Shown here one piece after another: positions 1 through 9,195 of a stretch of 64,000 nt of DNA. The position numbers and the translations under genes were made by a program. The notes beneath the pieces are model-generated. The model had not been told where the DNA came from and ran no database searches. It saw nothing but the letters and a program-made list of their open reading frames with translations. This DNA comes from an uncultured Spirochaetota bacterium. GTDB taxonomy: Bacteria; Spirochaetota; Brevinematia; Brevinematales; JAOACQ01. The stretch spans positions 64,001 through 128,000 of the forward strand of contig CAWAOD010000014.1 of the NCBI GenBank assembly GCA_963783575.1. Reading direction: 5' to 3'. Position 1 is the stretch's first letter. Every line of letters starts with the position of its first letter.

Positions 1-1
1 T

Positions 2-205
2 TCTTCCTTAAAAAATAAATATCCTGCAGTCAGGGCCTGGGTATGGTTTGATATAAGAAAGGAGACTGATTGGCGTTTTGACTCTGATTCTGAAAGCCTT
101 GATGCTTTTAAGAGTGGTATTTCGGATCAAATTTATTCGACTAATCTTGATTTATTAGAAACCTTCAATCGAAAATTTTTAATTCAAAAAAATGAGCAGC
201 AATAA
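2..205 (+). CDS. 3' end of a probable GH26-like glycoside hydrolase (truncated by window edge)
   Basis: Frame +2 reads KYPAVRAWVWFDIRKETDWRFDSDSESLDAF...EQQ*, matching the YPxxxAxVWF..KETDWR tail of GH26-like enzymes. Confidence 0.6.
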   Translation, partial: SSLKNKYPAVRAWVWFDIRKETDWRFDSDSESLDAFKSGISDQIYSTNLDLLETFNRKFLIQKNEQQ

Positions 206-285
206 AATGTTTTCAGCTATATTAGTCATTTCGAACTTGAGTTTTAAAACCGCCCTAAACATTTTATTCAAAATGGAGGAATATA

Positions 286-1374
286 ATGAAATTATGCGGT
301 GTTAACATTGGCGGACTATTTTCTCAGAATAAAGATTTTTCAGATCAATTTATCGACCAATTTATTACAAATGAAGACATTAAAATGATTTCAGAATGGG
401 GATTCAATTTGATCCGCCTGTCTGTTGATTATAATTACTTGGAAGACGGTTCAGCATCATTTAAAAATAATCAAAGAAAAATAAATAAGATTGACCGGAT
501 TATTCAATGGGCGGGAAATTATAATATTCATGTAATTCTAGATTTCCATAACGTTCCAGGTTTTACTTTTGAATGGAACCTTTTAAATAAAAATGATATC
601 TGGGATAAAAATTCCTTGAACAGGAAGATGTTCTTGGATTTTTGGGAATTCTTTTCGGAGCATTATAAAGACTACGATAATATCATCTATGAACTTTTAA
701 ACGAGCCTGCCGCACCAGATAATAATGATTGGATGAAACTTGCGGAGGAAACTATTCATGTGATAAGAATAAATGATCCGCATCATTTTATCGTTGTTGA
801 ATCCAACAACTGGGGAAAAACTGAAACTTTTACAGAATTGAAGAAGTTCGAAGACAATAAAATCATTTATAGCTTTCATTTTTATGAACCTCTTCTTATC
901 ACTCATCAATTAGCTCCTTGGACACCGTTTTTTAAATTTTACAAAATGAAGCTAAGTTATCCCGGTTCAATAATTCCCCTGGATAAAGAAGTGACTGAAG
1001 AAATAAAAAATGAAAATTTTTATTACAATGATTACCTAAAGTTAATTAATAGTTTCTGGGATAAAGAAGCCCTTCAATTATTAATGAAACCGGTTTTTGA
1101 CTTTAAAAAAAAGTATGACGTACCAGTCCTTTGCGGAGAATTTGGCTGTTATGTAATGGCGGATCCTAAAACAAGGCAAAACTGGCTGGAGGATATAATT
1201 TCTATTTTCAGAGAAAACGATATCAGCTATTCATACTGGACATATAAAAACATGGATTTTGGAATCTATGATTTCACTGATCTATATCTGGATAACCCAA
1301 ATTATGATCCGGCAAGCCGTCTTGACATTGATACTCTTAAAATTTTACAGAGTGGAATCAATATTGAGATCTAA
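286..1374 (+). CDS. Glycoside hydrolase family 5 (cellodextrinase/endoglucanase-like, no signal peptide)
   Basis: GVNIGG, WGFNLIRL, ILDFH, YELLNEP (acid/base), YSFHFY and CGEFG (nucleophile) motifs; GGAGG RBS. Confidence 0.9.
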   Translation: MKLCGVNIGGLFSQNKDFSDQFIDQFITNEDIKMISEWGFNLIRLSVDYNYLEDGSASFKNNQRKINKIDRIIQWAGNYNIHVILDFHNVPGFTFEWNLLNKNDIWDKNSLNRKMFLDFWEFFSEHYKDYDNIIYELLNEPAAPDNNDWMKLAEETIHVIRINDPHHFIVVESNNWGKTETFTELKKFEDNKIIYSFHFYEPLLITHQLAPWTPFFKFYKMKLSYPGSIIPLDKEVTEEIKNENFYYNDYLKLINSFWDKEALQLLMKPVFDFKKKYDVPVLCGEFGCYVMADPKTRQNWLEDIISIFRENDISYSYWTYKNMDFGIYDFTDLYLDNPNYDPASRLDIDTLKILQSGINIEI

Positions 1375-1572
1375 ATATTGCTTAATGTGGTATATATGAT
1401 AGGGCAAAGTTTATCTTTATTACGGAATGAGGCTTTAATATTACTTTTTTTTATTGTTGAAAGTTCAGTACTTTTTTTTTGTGTTGCGGATCAAAGGAAA
1501 ATAAGCAATATTTTCTTTAGAACTTAATTGATGTTGATTAAAATAAAAAAATATTTTGAAAGGAGTGTAAGT

Positions 1573-2877
1573 ATGAGGAAAAAAAGCTTGTTAGCAGTTC
1601 TTTTGGCTCTTACTGCTGTCACGTTGATTACGAGTGTTTCCTTCTCGGAAGTGAAACCTTACAATGGAGAAAAAGTGCATCTCACTGTTGCCGTATTTCC
1701 AAGTCTTGATATTGCTTACAATGCTCTTCTGCCAGAATTTAGCAAAGCATATCCCAACATTACCGTGGAGGTAAAGTCTCTCGGTTATGGCGACCATCAC
1801 AACAACCTTATCACAGTTATTGCAGCTGGCAAGGGCGCTCCCGATGTAGCTGCTATTGAAATCGGATATATTGCTCAGCTTGGTGCCGGCGGCGGTTTTG
1901 AAAATCTTCTTAAGCTACCTTATAATGCCGTCCAGTATAAGAAAGACTTTACACCCTACAAATGGGCTCAGGCGTCTACAGGGCCCAATGAACTTATCGC
2001 TCTTCCTGTAGATATAGCTCCCGGATGCGCATTCATATATCAACCTACCTGGGCATCTAAAAAGGTCGATATCAACAGCATCAAGACAATGGATGATTTA
2101 TTTGCTGCTGGAAAGAAGCTCACATTTGATTCTAAAGGTGATGGGGTAATCGACCATTGGTTACTTTCTCATGCCCAGTACATTTTCAACATGATCTTCT
2201 ATTCCGACAGTCAGAGATATTTTGACAAAGAAGGAAAACCAGCTCTCAATACTCCCAGAATCAAAACCGCTTTTACCTGGGCAAAGAAATTCAGAGACGC
2301 CGGACTTGATGCCAAGATAAGCGACTGGTCGAACGAATGGTTTGCTATGTTTCAAAAAGGCACAGCAGCCTATGTTCCTTCAGGCGCCTGGCTTGCCGGA
2401 CATTTAAAGACCTGGATCGCAACTAATCAGAGTGGCAATTACAGGGTTGCTTTGCTGCCATCTATTAACAAAGGTGAAAAAAGGATGATGCTTAATCAGG
2501 GTGGGTCTTTCCTTGCTATTCCTTCCCAGATTCCAGATGTTAATAAAGCGGCTGCCTGGGAATTCATCAAGTTTGCTTGTACCAGAGTCAATTCCCAGAT
2601 CATCTCTTTTGAAAAAGCAGACGCTTTTCCAGCCTGGATGCCTGCCTGGAAGGATGAGGGTTTCTCAGAGGGAGTAGAGTATCTCGGCGGACAGAAAGCC
2701 AGGATGATTTGGATCGATATTGCAAAAGCTATTCCTGAAGTTTATGTCAATCCCAAGGATAGTCTTGCCCAGAATATTCTACAAACGGCCCTGTTCGATG
2801 TTCTTGATGGAAAGAAAGGAATCGACGCAGCTTTAGCTGAAGCTCAGAAAGAGCTTGAAACAAAGATGGAACAATAA
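1573..2877 (+). CDS. Sugar ABC transporter solute-binding protein (CUT1)
   Basis: Start at ATG 1573 after AGGAG; signal peptide without lipobox; AAGKGAPDVAAIE and GGSFLAIP motifs; followed by two permeases. Confidence 0.9.
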   Translation: MRKKSLLAVLLALTAVTLITSVSFSEVKPYNGEKVHLTVAVFPSLDIAYNALLPEFSKAYPNITVEVKSLGYGDHHNNLITVIAAGKGAPDVAAIEIGYIAQLGAGGGFENLLKLPYNAVQYKKDFTPYKWAQASTGPNELIALPVDIAPGCAFIYQPTWASKKVDINSIKTMDDLFAAGKKLTFDSKGDGVIDHWLLSHAQYIFNMIFYSDSQRYFDKEGKPALNTPRIKTAFTWAKKFRDAGLDAKISDWSNEWFAMFQKGTAAYVPSGAWLAGHLKTWIATNQSGNYRVALLPSINKGEKRMMLNQGGSFLAIPSQIPDVNKAAAWEFIKFACTRVNSQIISFEKADAFPAWMPAWKDEGFSEGVEYLGGQKARMIWIDIAKAIPEVYVNPKDSLAQNILQTALFDVLDGKKGIDAALAEAQKELETKMEQ

Positions 2878-2887
2878 TTTAAACAAA

Positions 2888-2922
2888 AAAAGGGTTTGCG
2901 GGACAATCACGCGAACCCTTTT
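2888..2922 (+). terminator. Intergenic stem-loop after the SBP gene (terminator or mRNA-stabilising hairpin)
   Basis: AAAAGGGTTTGCG-N10-GCGAACCCTTTT inverted repeat. Confidence 0.7.
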
Positions 2923-2951
2923 AATTAAAATATCTCCGGAGGTTAATAACA

Positions 2952-3923
2952 ATGGAAAGAAATAAAGCTGCAGAAATAAAAAACTATGGTGGATGGGTAA
3001 CTTTCGCAAGAAAATCCGCTCCCTACGTCTTTATTGCCCCTTTTTTTATTTCATTCTGCATTTTTTCCATTTATCCGATCTGCTATTCTTTTTATCTGAG
3101 TCTTGTTAAATGGAACGGTTCGGCGGGAGTCAAAATGATTTTCGTTGGTTTTCGTAATTACTATAATCTTCTGATGAAAGATTCGCTGTTCTGGAAATCC
3201 TTATTAAATACGATGGTTATGGCAGTTATTGTTACAATCCCACAGCATTCTTTTGCTCTCTTTTTCGCTTTTATATTGAATCAAGCTATTATCAGATTCA
3301 AGAATTTCTTCAAGGCAATTCTTTTTATGCCTTATGTGACATCTACTATCGCCATCGGCATTGTATTCGGTGTTATTTATGGCAGAACATACGGTTTATT
3401 GAATTGGGGGCTTATTTCACTGGATAAATTGAGTATTTTTCATAACTTATTTAACACTTCGCTGTTAAATACTTCCCTGCCTATCTACTGGATCCGCGAT
3501 TTTTGCTGGTGGGCCATTTCTTCGATCGCCGTCTGGCAGTGGACAGGATGGAATGCAATTATATATTTCGCCGGTTTACAGGCCATTCCGAACAATCTTT
3601 ATGAAGCGGCCCGAATTGATGGTGCAGGTTGGGGCCAGGTCTTTTTCAATATCACTCTTCCCCTGCTCCGTCCAATCATATTCTTTGCGACCACTTTGAC
3701 GATCATAGGCCAGATACAGTTCTTCAATGAACCTATGATCCTTGCCGGGGGTGTAGATGGGATGTCAGTCCTATCTAATGCCAGTATGACTCTTGCTGTC
3801 TATCTTTATGCACATGCATTCAAGTGGGGAAGTTTCGGCACAGCAGCCGCACTTTCCTATATTATGTTTGTGTTCATCATTATCCTAACCTTTATCAACA
3901 GAAGATTACTGAAAGAAAAATAA
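2952..3923 (+). CDS. Sugar ABC transporter permease (MalF/UgpA type)
   Basis: Multiple TM segments; EAA loop LYEAARIDGA. Confidence 0.92.
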   Translation: MERNKAAEIKNYGGWVTFARKSAPYVFIAPFFISFCIFSIYPICYSFYLSLVKWNGSAGVKMIFVGFRNYYNLLMKDSLFWKSLLNTMVMAVIVTIPQHSFALFFAFILNQAIIRFKNFFKAILFMPYVTSTIAIGIVFGVIYGRTYGLLNWGLISLDKLSIFHNLFNTSLLNTSLPIYWIRDFCWWAISSIAVWQWTGWNAIIYFAGLQAIPNNLYEAARIDGAGWGQVFFNITLPLLRPIIFFATTLTIIGQIQFFNEPMILAGGVDGMSVLSNASMTLAVYLYAHAFKWGSFGTAAALSYIMFVFIIILTFINRRLLKEK

Positions 3924-3938
3924 AAGAGGTTTTTCCAT

Positions 3939-4853
3939 ATGTCTAACATTAAACAATCACATAATTTAAAAATCAGGAAAGAAGAATATGAAAATAGTCA
4001 TCTCAAAATAAAACCTGTGAAGGCGTTTTTCATAAAACTATTATTATATTTTCCTTTAATTATATGGGCGTTTATCACAATCTATCCTTTCTGGTATATG
4101 ATTGTTGTGGCTGGTAAAAGCCAAGCTCAGATCTTCTCATTTCCCCCTCCTATGACAATAGATAAAGATTATATAAATCAATTTATCAATAACTATAAGA
4201 ATCTAATTACCAGAATACCGTTTTGGCGTAATGTTTGGAACACCTTTTATATTGCCTCCATGTCCACATTGCTGTCCATTTTCTTCTGTTCTCTGGGCGG
4301 ATTTGGTTTTGCAATGTACAAATTCAAAGGAAAAAATATACTTTTCACTATAATGCTAATAACCTTAATGATTCCTCCATGGATCGGAATTGTTCCCTAT
4401 TTCCTGATGATGAAGACCTTTGGCTGGTACAATACCGCAAAGGCCATCTATATCCCCGGCATTGCCAATGCATTCGGTGTCTTTATGATGAGCCAGTATA
4501 TCGAAGCATCCATACCGATAGATCTTATCGAGGCAGCCCGCATGGACGGATGCTCAGAATTCAACATCTACTGGAAAATTGTTTTCCCTCTAATTACCCC
4601 GGTGATCGGTTCTTTCAGCATTATCACCTTCCTGGGCACATGGAATAATTTCATGGGGCCTCTTGTTATATTCAACTCCAAAGAAACTTACACCATTCCG
4701 GTCGCCTTGAATGCCTTGAAAGGGCTGCAAAATGTTGATTACGGCGCCATTATGGCCGGTACCTGCATTTCTGTTTTACCGATAATTGTTGTGTTCATCG
4801 TTATGTCCAAGCTTATTATCTCAAAGGTTACAGAAGGTGCTTTAAAAGGTTGA
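3939..4853 (+). CDS. Sugar ABC transporter permease (MalG/UgpE type)
   Basis: EAA loop LIEAARMDGC; WNNFMGPL; C-terminal GALKG. Confidence 0.92.
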   Translation: MSNIKQSHNLKIRKEEYENSHLKIKPVKAFFIKLLLYFPLIIWAFITIYPFWYMIVVAGKSQAQIFSFPPPMTIDKDYINQFINNYKNLITRIPFWRNVWNTFYIASMSTLLSIFFCSLGGFGFAMYKFKGKNILFTIMLITLMIPPWIGIVPYFLMMKTFGWYNTAKAIYIPGIANAFGVFMMSQYIEASIPIDLIEAARMDGCSEFNIYWKIVFPLITPVIGSFSIITFLGTWNNFMGPLVIFNSKETYTIPVALNALKGLQNVDYGAIMAGTCISVLPIIVVFIVMSKLIISKVTEGALKG

Positions 4854-4907
4854 AAAATTTATAACCAAATGAAAAGATATTAAAATAATTATGCGGGAGA
4901 TTGTTTT

Positions 4908-6197
4908 ATGTTCAAATTAAAAGAACTGTTTTTCCTATTTTATATTTTTATATTTATTTTTATTGGATATCAATTCTGCAGAGCACAAAGCTATCAGATC
5001 AAAGTTGATTTTTCACAGAAAACTGTAAAAATTAAACCGGAATCTATACGTGGTGTCAATGTAAACAATGCTATGCAGATAGCCCTTATAAAAGATAAAA
5101 TAAGGCTTCTAAATATCCCGACAATTACTTATCCGGCAGGCAATGCTGCTGACGAACAGGATGAGAACAGTCAGGACAATATGAGTTTTTTCTCACTCCA
5201 GCAAGGCATGCTTGGCAATCCTTTTACTTTTGTCCAGATAAGAGTATTTAACGGCACCGTTGAAGGGGCCCTCAAATCAATAAAAATTGCCGAATCTAAC
5301 CAGGTACGCGTAGACGTTTGGAGTATCGGAAATGAACCTGACCTATATTACAGGAATGCGACTCCAGATTGGACATTAGATAAATACAATCGGGTTTTTC
5401 GTGAAATTGTCTCTGTTATGAGGAAAGATTATCCTGATATTAAGGTAGCTGGTCCAATGACCAGTAATCCTAATGATGATTGGATTAGAAGTTTTATTAA
5501 AGAAAATGGAGATCTTGTTGATGTTTTAGCCTGGCACTGGTATCCCACAGATGGAACATGGGACAATGATAAAGCAATAGCCACTGCACCTATGATTACT
5601 AATCAAATAAACACTTACAGGAAATGGTTGAAGGATCCTTTGTATAATCCAAAAGGCTATCAAAGAGATATTAAGCTTGCTTTGACTGAATATGCAATTC
5701 ACTGGAATACACCTAAAGCAACCCAACTGGCAGATATGACTGGTGCGGTCTGGACAGCGGAAGTGTTAGGTTACATGGCTCAGGAGCAGATTGATTACTC
5801 TCATTATTTCTGTCTTGGAACTTATGGGGGCCATTCTATTTTTGAACCCGTTTCATATTTCAGGAGACCTATTTATTACGTTTTTATGTTTTATAGTACT
5901 CATTTTGGGAACCAGATGGTTTCCACAATTTCTGAAGACAGCGATGTCAAGGTTTTTGCATCTACTGGGGAGAATGCCAGTAAATATCTCATTGCCATAA
6001 ACGATAGTGAAACAAATGCCAAGGAACTTTCAATATTGTTGGGTGGAATTCCGGAAAAAATAAAAAAAGTAAAAGGCTATCTTCTTTCTAAAGAATCCAA
6101 CGGTAAGGATATTGATTCCGGAAAGTTCAACTTGTCAGGGGATAAGCTTTTAATTGATATACCGGCCTTATCAATAGAGGCTTTTGATATTGAATAA
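4908..6197 (+). CDS. Secreted clan GH-A glycoside hydrolase (GH39/44/51/79-like)
   Basis: Signal peptide; WSIGNEPD acid/base and LALTEY nucleophile motifs; C-terminal beta-sandwich-like region. Confidence 0.75.
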   Translation: MFKLKELFFLFYIFIFIFIGYQFCRAQSYQIKVDFSQKTVKIKPESIRGVNVNNAMQIALIKDKIRLLNIPTITYPAGNAADEQDENSQDNMSFFSLQQGMLGNPFTFVQIRVFNGTVEGALKSIKIAESNQVRVDVWSIGNEPDLYYRNATPDWTLDKYNRVFREIVSVMRKDYPDIKVAGPMTSNPNDDWIRSFIKENGDLVDVLAWHWYPTDGTWDNDKAIATAPMITNQINTYRKWLKDPLYNPKGYQRDIKLALTEYAIHWNTPKATQLADMTGAVWTAEVLGYMAQEQIDYSHYFCLGTYGGHSIFEPVSYFRRPIYYVFMFYSTHFGNQMVSTISEDSDVKVFASTGENASKYLIAINDSETNAKELSILLGGIPEKIKKVKGYLLSKESNGKDIDSGKFNLSGDKLLIDIPALSIEAFDIE

Positions 6198-6315
6198 AAG
6201 GTATGTATAGCCGTATTTATACTTATGTGCTTCCTTGTTGAGCCAAAGGCTTGAAGGTTAAATAAAATTGTCATTTAATGAGAGAAACAATAAAAATATT
6301 TGAGGAGTTAATAAA

Positions 6316-6615
6316 ATGGGCTCAATAAGTATGATGATTTCATTTATGGGCATGATAGTTACATTTTTATGTTTTATTTTTGATATTAAAAATATTCCCC
6401 AGGAATTTCTCGATTTGAAAATACCAGTTCTATCCGCAACCCTTCCCCTATTAATGATTTTACTTGTTATAGTTACAATTCTCGGTATAATAGCGTATAT
6501 CAGGGATTCAAAAAGGGATCATGCCCTTACATCTATTGTCATATCCCTGTTTTTGTTGTTAGTAAATCTTAATAATATAATTATTACATTTCAAATTCTG
6601 GATAAGTTAAAATAG
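6316..6615 (+). CDS. Small hypothetical membrane protein (about 3 TM)
   Basis: GAGGAG RBS; three hydrophobic stretches. Confidence 0.55.
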   Translation: MGSISMMISFMGMIVTFLCFIFDIKNIPQEFLDLKIPVLSATLPLLMILLVIVTILGIIAYIRDSKRDHALTSIVISLFLLLVNLNNIIITFQILDKLK

Positions 6616-6846
6616 GGTATTTTTCTGGTTGATAATTTTGCAGGCGTTACTCGAGATTGCCCTGCGTTTGGTATATCGTAATGGAAAGACACCGGATTGT
6701 GCCTGCTCGACAAGATTAGCCGCTTTAAGGCTCGAAGCCATCGCATAGCTGATAAAGTTAAACGCACGCTCGGTCGAAGTTATTGCATTTTTAATGGTCA
6801 GCTTAACCATCCCTTATTGTTCTATTGAGAGCTATATCTTTAAAAT

Positions 6847-6965
6847 CATACTAAAGGTTGCCTATTGAAAAATTCTTCTTCATTATAATAAATGAGATTT
6901 AAATATATTTATTTTGCATAAATAAAAATTGAACCTATCTTCAAGAACCATACTAAAGGTTGCCT
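6847..6965. repeat. 17-bp direct repeat CATACTAAAGGTTGCCT upstream of the CBM lipoprotein gene
   Basis: Identical copies at 6847-6863 and 6949-6965, each preceded by TATCTT. Confidence 0.75.
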
Positions 6966-7072
6966 GAAAAACCATACTTGACGGCCTTCTAATATAAAAG
7001 ACAATTAATTAAAATTTTAGTGTTTGTAAGTTGAATCTGTAAAAAAATAAATTCATTTTAGGAGATGTTGTC

Positions 7073-7729
7073 ATGAAGACTATTAAGAATTTAAGTTTGA
7101 TTGCACTTGTTGTTACGGCGATATTTTTATTCGCCGCTTGTGGCGGCTCTGTAACAAGTAAGAGCACAGTAAAGCAGGAAAAGCCTGCAGAAAAAAAGTC
7201 TGCTGTTGCAAATACCGAGGTCAATGGTAATCTCATTAAAAACGGGACTTTTAATGGTTTGACAGATATAAAAAAATTAGCCGGCTACGAAGTTGTTGGT
7301 TTGAGTTTGCTTGAAAAAATCGAACAAATAGGTTATTGGCATGTGCTTTGTGGAGCAAACGGCGATGGTAAAGCTGATGTTGTTAACGGTGGATGCAAAA
7401 TTACAATATTTGCTCCAGGCACGGAGGTCTATGGTGTTCAGTTGTCACAGCTTCCATTAATGATGGAAAAAGGAAAAAATTATAAAGTGAGTTTTGAAGC
7501 CTGTGCCGATGATCCCAGGAGTATTGTAGTCAGGATAGGTATTGTAGGGAACGGCTGGGCCCCTTATTCCGGCGATCAAAAGATCAACATAACTACAGAA
7601 ATGAAAAACTATTCCTTTACCTTTACCATGAATCATCCGACGGATGAAAAAGCCCGTCTGGACTTCAATGTTGGCCTTTCCATGGCATCAGTTACCATTA
7701 GTAATGTAGTTGTAATGAAAGTCGACTGA
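7073..7729 (+). CDS. Lipoprotein with a carbohydrate-binding (CBM4/9-like) domain
   Basis: Lipobox FAAC; NLIKNGTF, VQLSQ..L..GKNYKVSFEA and ARLDFNVG motifs typical of CBM4/9; no catalytic domain. Confidence 0.75.
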   Translation: MKTIKNLSLIALVVTAIFLFAACGGSVTSKSTVKQEKPAEKKSAVANTEVNGNLIKNGTFNGLTDIKKLAGYEVVGLSLLEKIEQIGYWHVLCGANGDGKADVVNGGCKITIFAPGTEVYGVQLSQLPLMMEKGKNYKVSFEACADDPRSIVVRIGIVGNGWAPYSGDQKINITTEMKNYSFTFTMNHPTDEKARLDFNVGLSMASVTISNVVVMKVD

Positions 7730-7933
7730 TATAACTGGGATTTTTTCCCTCTGTTAAAGCTAAACCAGATTTTTTTAATTTGAGGACAGGTTTCTTATTT
7801 TCAGTCTCTCTAAGGAATCTTTCCTTAAAGATTTTGCTTACCAGTTTTTTATTATAATCAAATAGCTTCAGTGTAGTTTTTTGTAAGTAGTAGAATTCAA
7901 TATTTTTCCCTTCAATCATCCGCTTGTAATGAT

Positions 7934-8170
7934 CCCAAACTGAGCGATTTTTCTATCAAAAAACCTGCTAATAAAATGGGGTAAGGAAATGGTTGCAGCC
8001 ATCCTTACCCCAAAATAATAAGCATTGGGTGCTAAAGCTGGTAAACTATGTCAGAAAAAAAAGGAAATCGCAAAAATCAGAAAAATATCCTTCGGCAGAA
8101 CTCAGGAACCAAGATTCAGGAAATCGGAGTCACTCATGATTCCTTAACAGGACGCGGGGTATTAGCATTC
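7934..8170 (+). mobile_element. Truncated 5' end of an IS1380-family element
   Basis: Starts with CCCAAACTGAGCGATT (the IR of the element at 58464-60171). Shares its leader hairpin and transposase N-terminus (IQEIGVTHDSLTGRGVLAF vs IQKIGITKDCLTSRGGLTF). Confidence 0.85.
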
Positions 8171-8274
8171 GATAAGAATTTAGGCAAAAAATTTCAGCTT
8201 GAAAGAAAAAGTGCGATAGCTAAAATATAAATCAATAATTCTTCCAATAAAAGGTAAAAAAAAGGGGAAATAAA
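8171..8274. repeat. About 104-bp dispersed repeat, copy 1 (copy 2 at 34877-34980)
   Basis: GATAAGAA.TTAGGCAAAAAATTTC...GTGCGATAGCTAAAATATAAATCAATAATTCTTCCAATAAAAGGTAAAAAAAAGGGGAAATAAA nearly identical at both sites. Confidence 0.85.
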
Positions 8275-8283
8275 TCCCCCCTT
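8256..8283 (-). terminator. Rho-independent terminator (minus strand)
   Basis: Minus strand AAGGGGGGATTTATTTCCCC followed by a T run; lies downstream of istB and of the interrupted small gene. Confidence 0.6.
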
Positions 8284-8313
8284 GGTAATGGTCAATCTTC
8301 AGACTGGAAATGT

Positions 8314-8426
8314 CAAGAGTTTTTCCCATATCTGCGCTCGGGTAATTTCCCACCCCTTCCACAAGAGTATTTCCCATATGCTTCACAAGAGTTTTCCCCA
8401 TACCTTCCACGTGAGTATTTCCCATA
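8314..8426. repeat. IS21 subterminal transposase-binding repeats (about 5 x 23-24 bp)
   Basis: Tandem units such as CAAGAGTATTTCCCATATG and CAAGAGTTTTCCCCATACC; inverted counterparts (TATGGGAA...) at 10793-10850. Confidence 0.85.
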
Positions 8427-8445
8427 GTGAGGAGGCAAAGAATGG

Positions 8446-9195
8446 TTACTCAACCTCCTTATTCAAATTTTGTATTCTGTAAGATTCTCCGCTCAAGTTA
8501 TAAATATTTGAATGATGTAAAAGCCTATCCAGAAGAGCGGTTGTCATAATCGGGTCTCCCATCATTTCAGCCCAATCCTGAAATCCCTTATTCGATGTTA
8601 TCACAATTGATGTCTTTTCATACAATTCACTTACAAGACTAAAGAATAGATTTGCCTCCTTCTTTTCGATAGGTGTGTAACCTATCTCATCAATGATTAA
8701 TAAGTGTGACTTCATCATCCGGTTCAGCCTGAAAGCAGAGCTTCTCTGGATGTCCGCCGTTTTCAGAAACTTAATGAGAGTAGTCATCCTTTCAAAGCAG
8801 ACAATATATCCCTTTTCAACTGCCCGGATTCCGATACTAATTGCCAGATGCGTTTTCCCCAGCCCCGGAGACCCAAAGAACAACAGGTTATGATGATTAT
8901 CAATCCAGCAGAAATCCAATAGCTGTGAAACATCCATTTTAGATATTCCATTCACTTTTTCAAAATTAAAACCTTCCACATCTTTGCGGACCGGGAAGTG
9001 TGCTCCTGCCATATTCCGCTGAAAACGTTTTTCCACTCTATAATTCAATTCCAGAGAAAGCAGCCTCTGCAGAAAACTCAGATAAGACTCTTTTGCCTTT
9101 TCAGCCTCACCAATTTCCTCATCAATCCGTTTTATCATACCCTTCAACCCGAGAGTTGTAAGCGCAGTTATGATTTGTTCTCTTATCTTCAACAT
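8446..9195 (-). CDS. istB: IS21 helper AAA+ ATPase IstB
   Basis: Walker A GSPGLGKT, Walker B LLIIDEIGY, ITSNK, ALLDRLLHH, GESYR. Confidence 0.95.
   Translation of the reverse strand: MLKIREQIITALTTLGLKGMIKRIDEEIGEAEKAKESYLSFLQRLLSLELNYRVEKRFQRNMAGAHFPVRKDVEGFNFEKVNGISKMDVSQLLDFCWIDNHHNLLFFGSPGLGKTHLAISIGIRAVEKGYIVCFERMTTLIKFLKTADIQRSSAFRLNRMMKSHLLIIDEIGYTPIEKKEANLFFSLVSELYEKTSIVITSNKGFQDWAEMMGDPIMTTALLDRLLHHSNIYNLSGESYRIQNLNKEVE

Noticed and set aside
6607..6810. 67-aa minus-strand ORF in a GC-richer patch
   Set aside because: No recognisable motif or convincing RBS; cannot be supported.
8314..8426. Regular 23-24 bp repeats resembling a mini CRISPR array
   Set aside because: No unique spacers and no cas genes; they are subterminal repeats inside a TSD-bounded IS21.
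8180..8482. Repetitive ORFs (MGNT..MGKT..) on both strands
   Set aside because: Artefacts of translating the IS21 end repeats.
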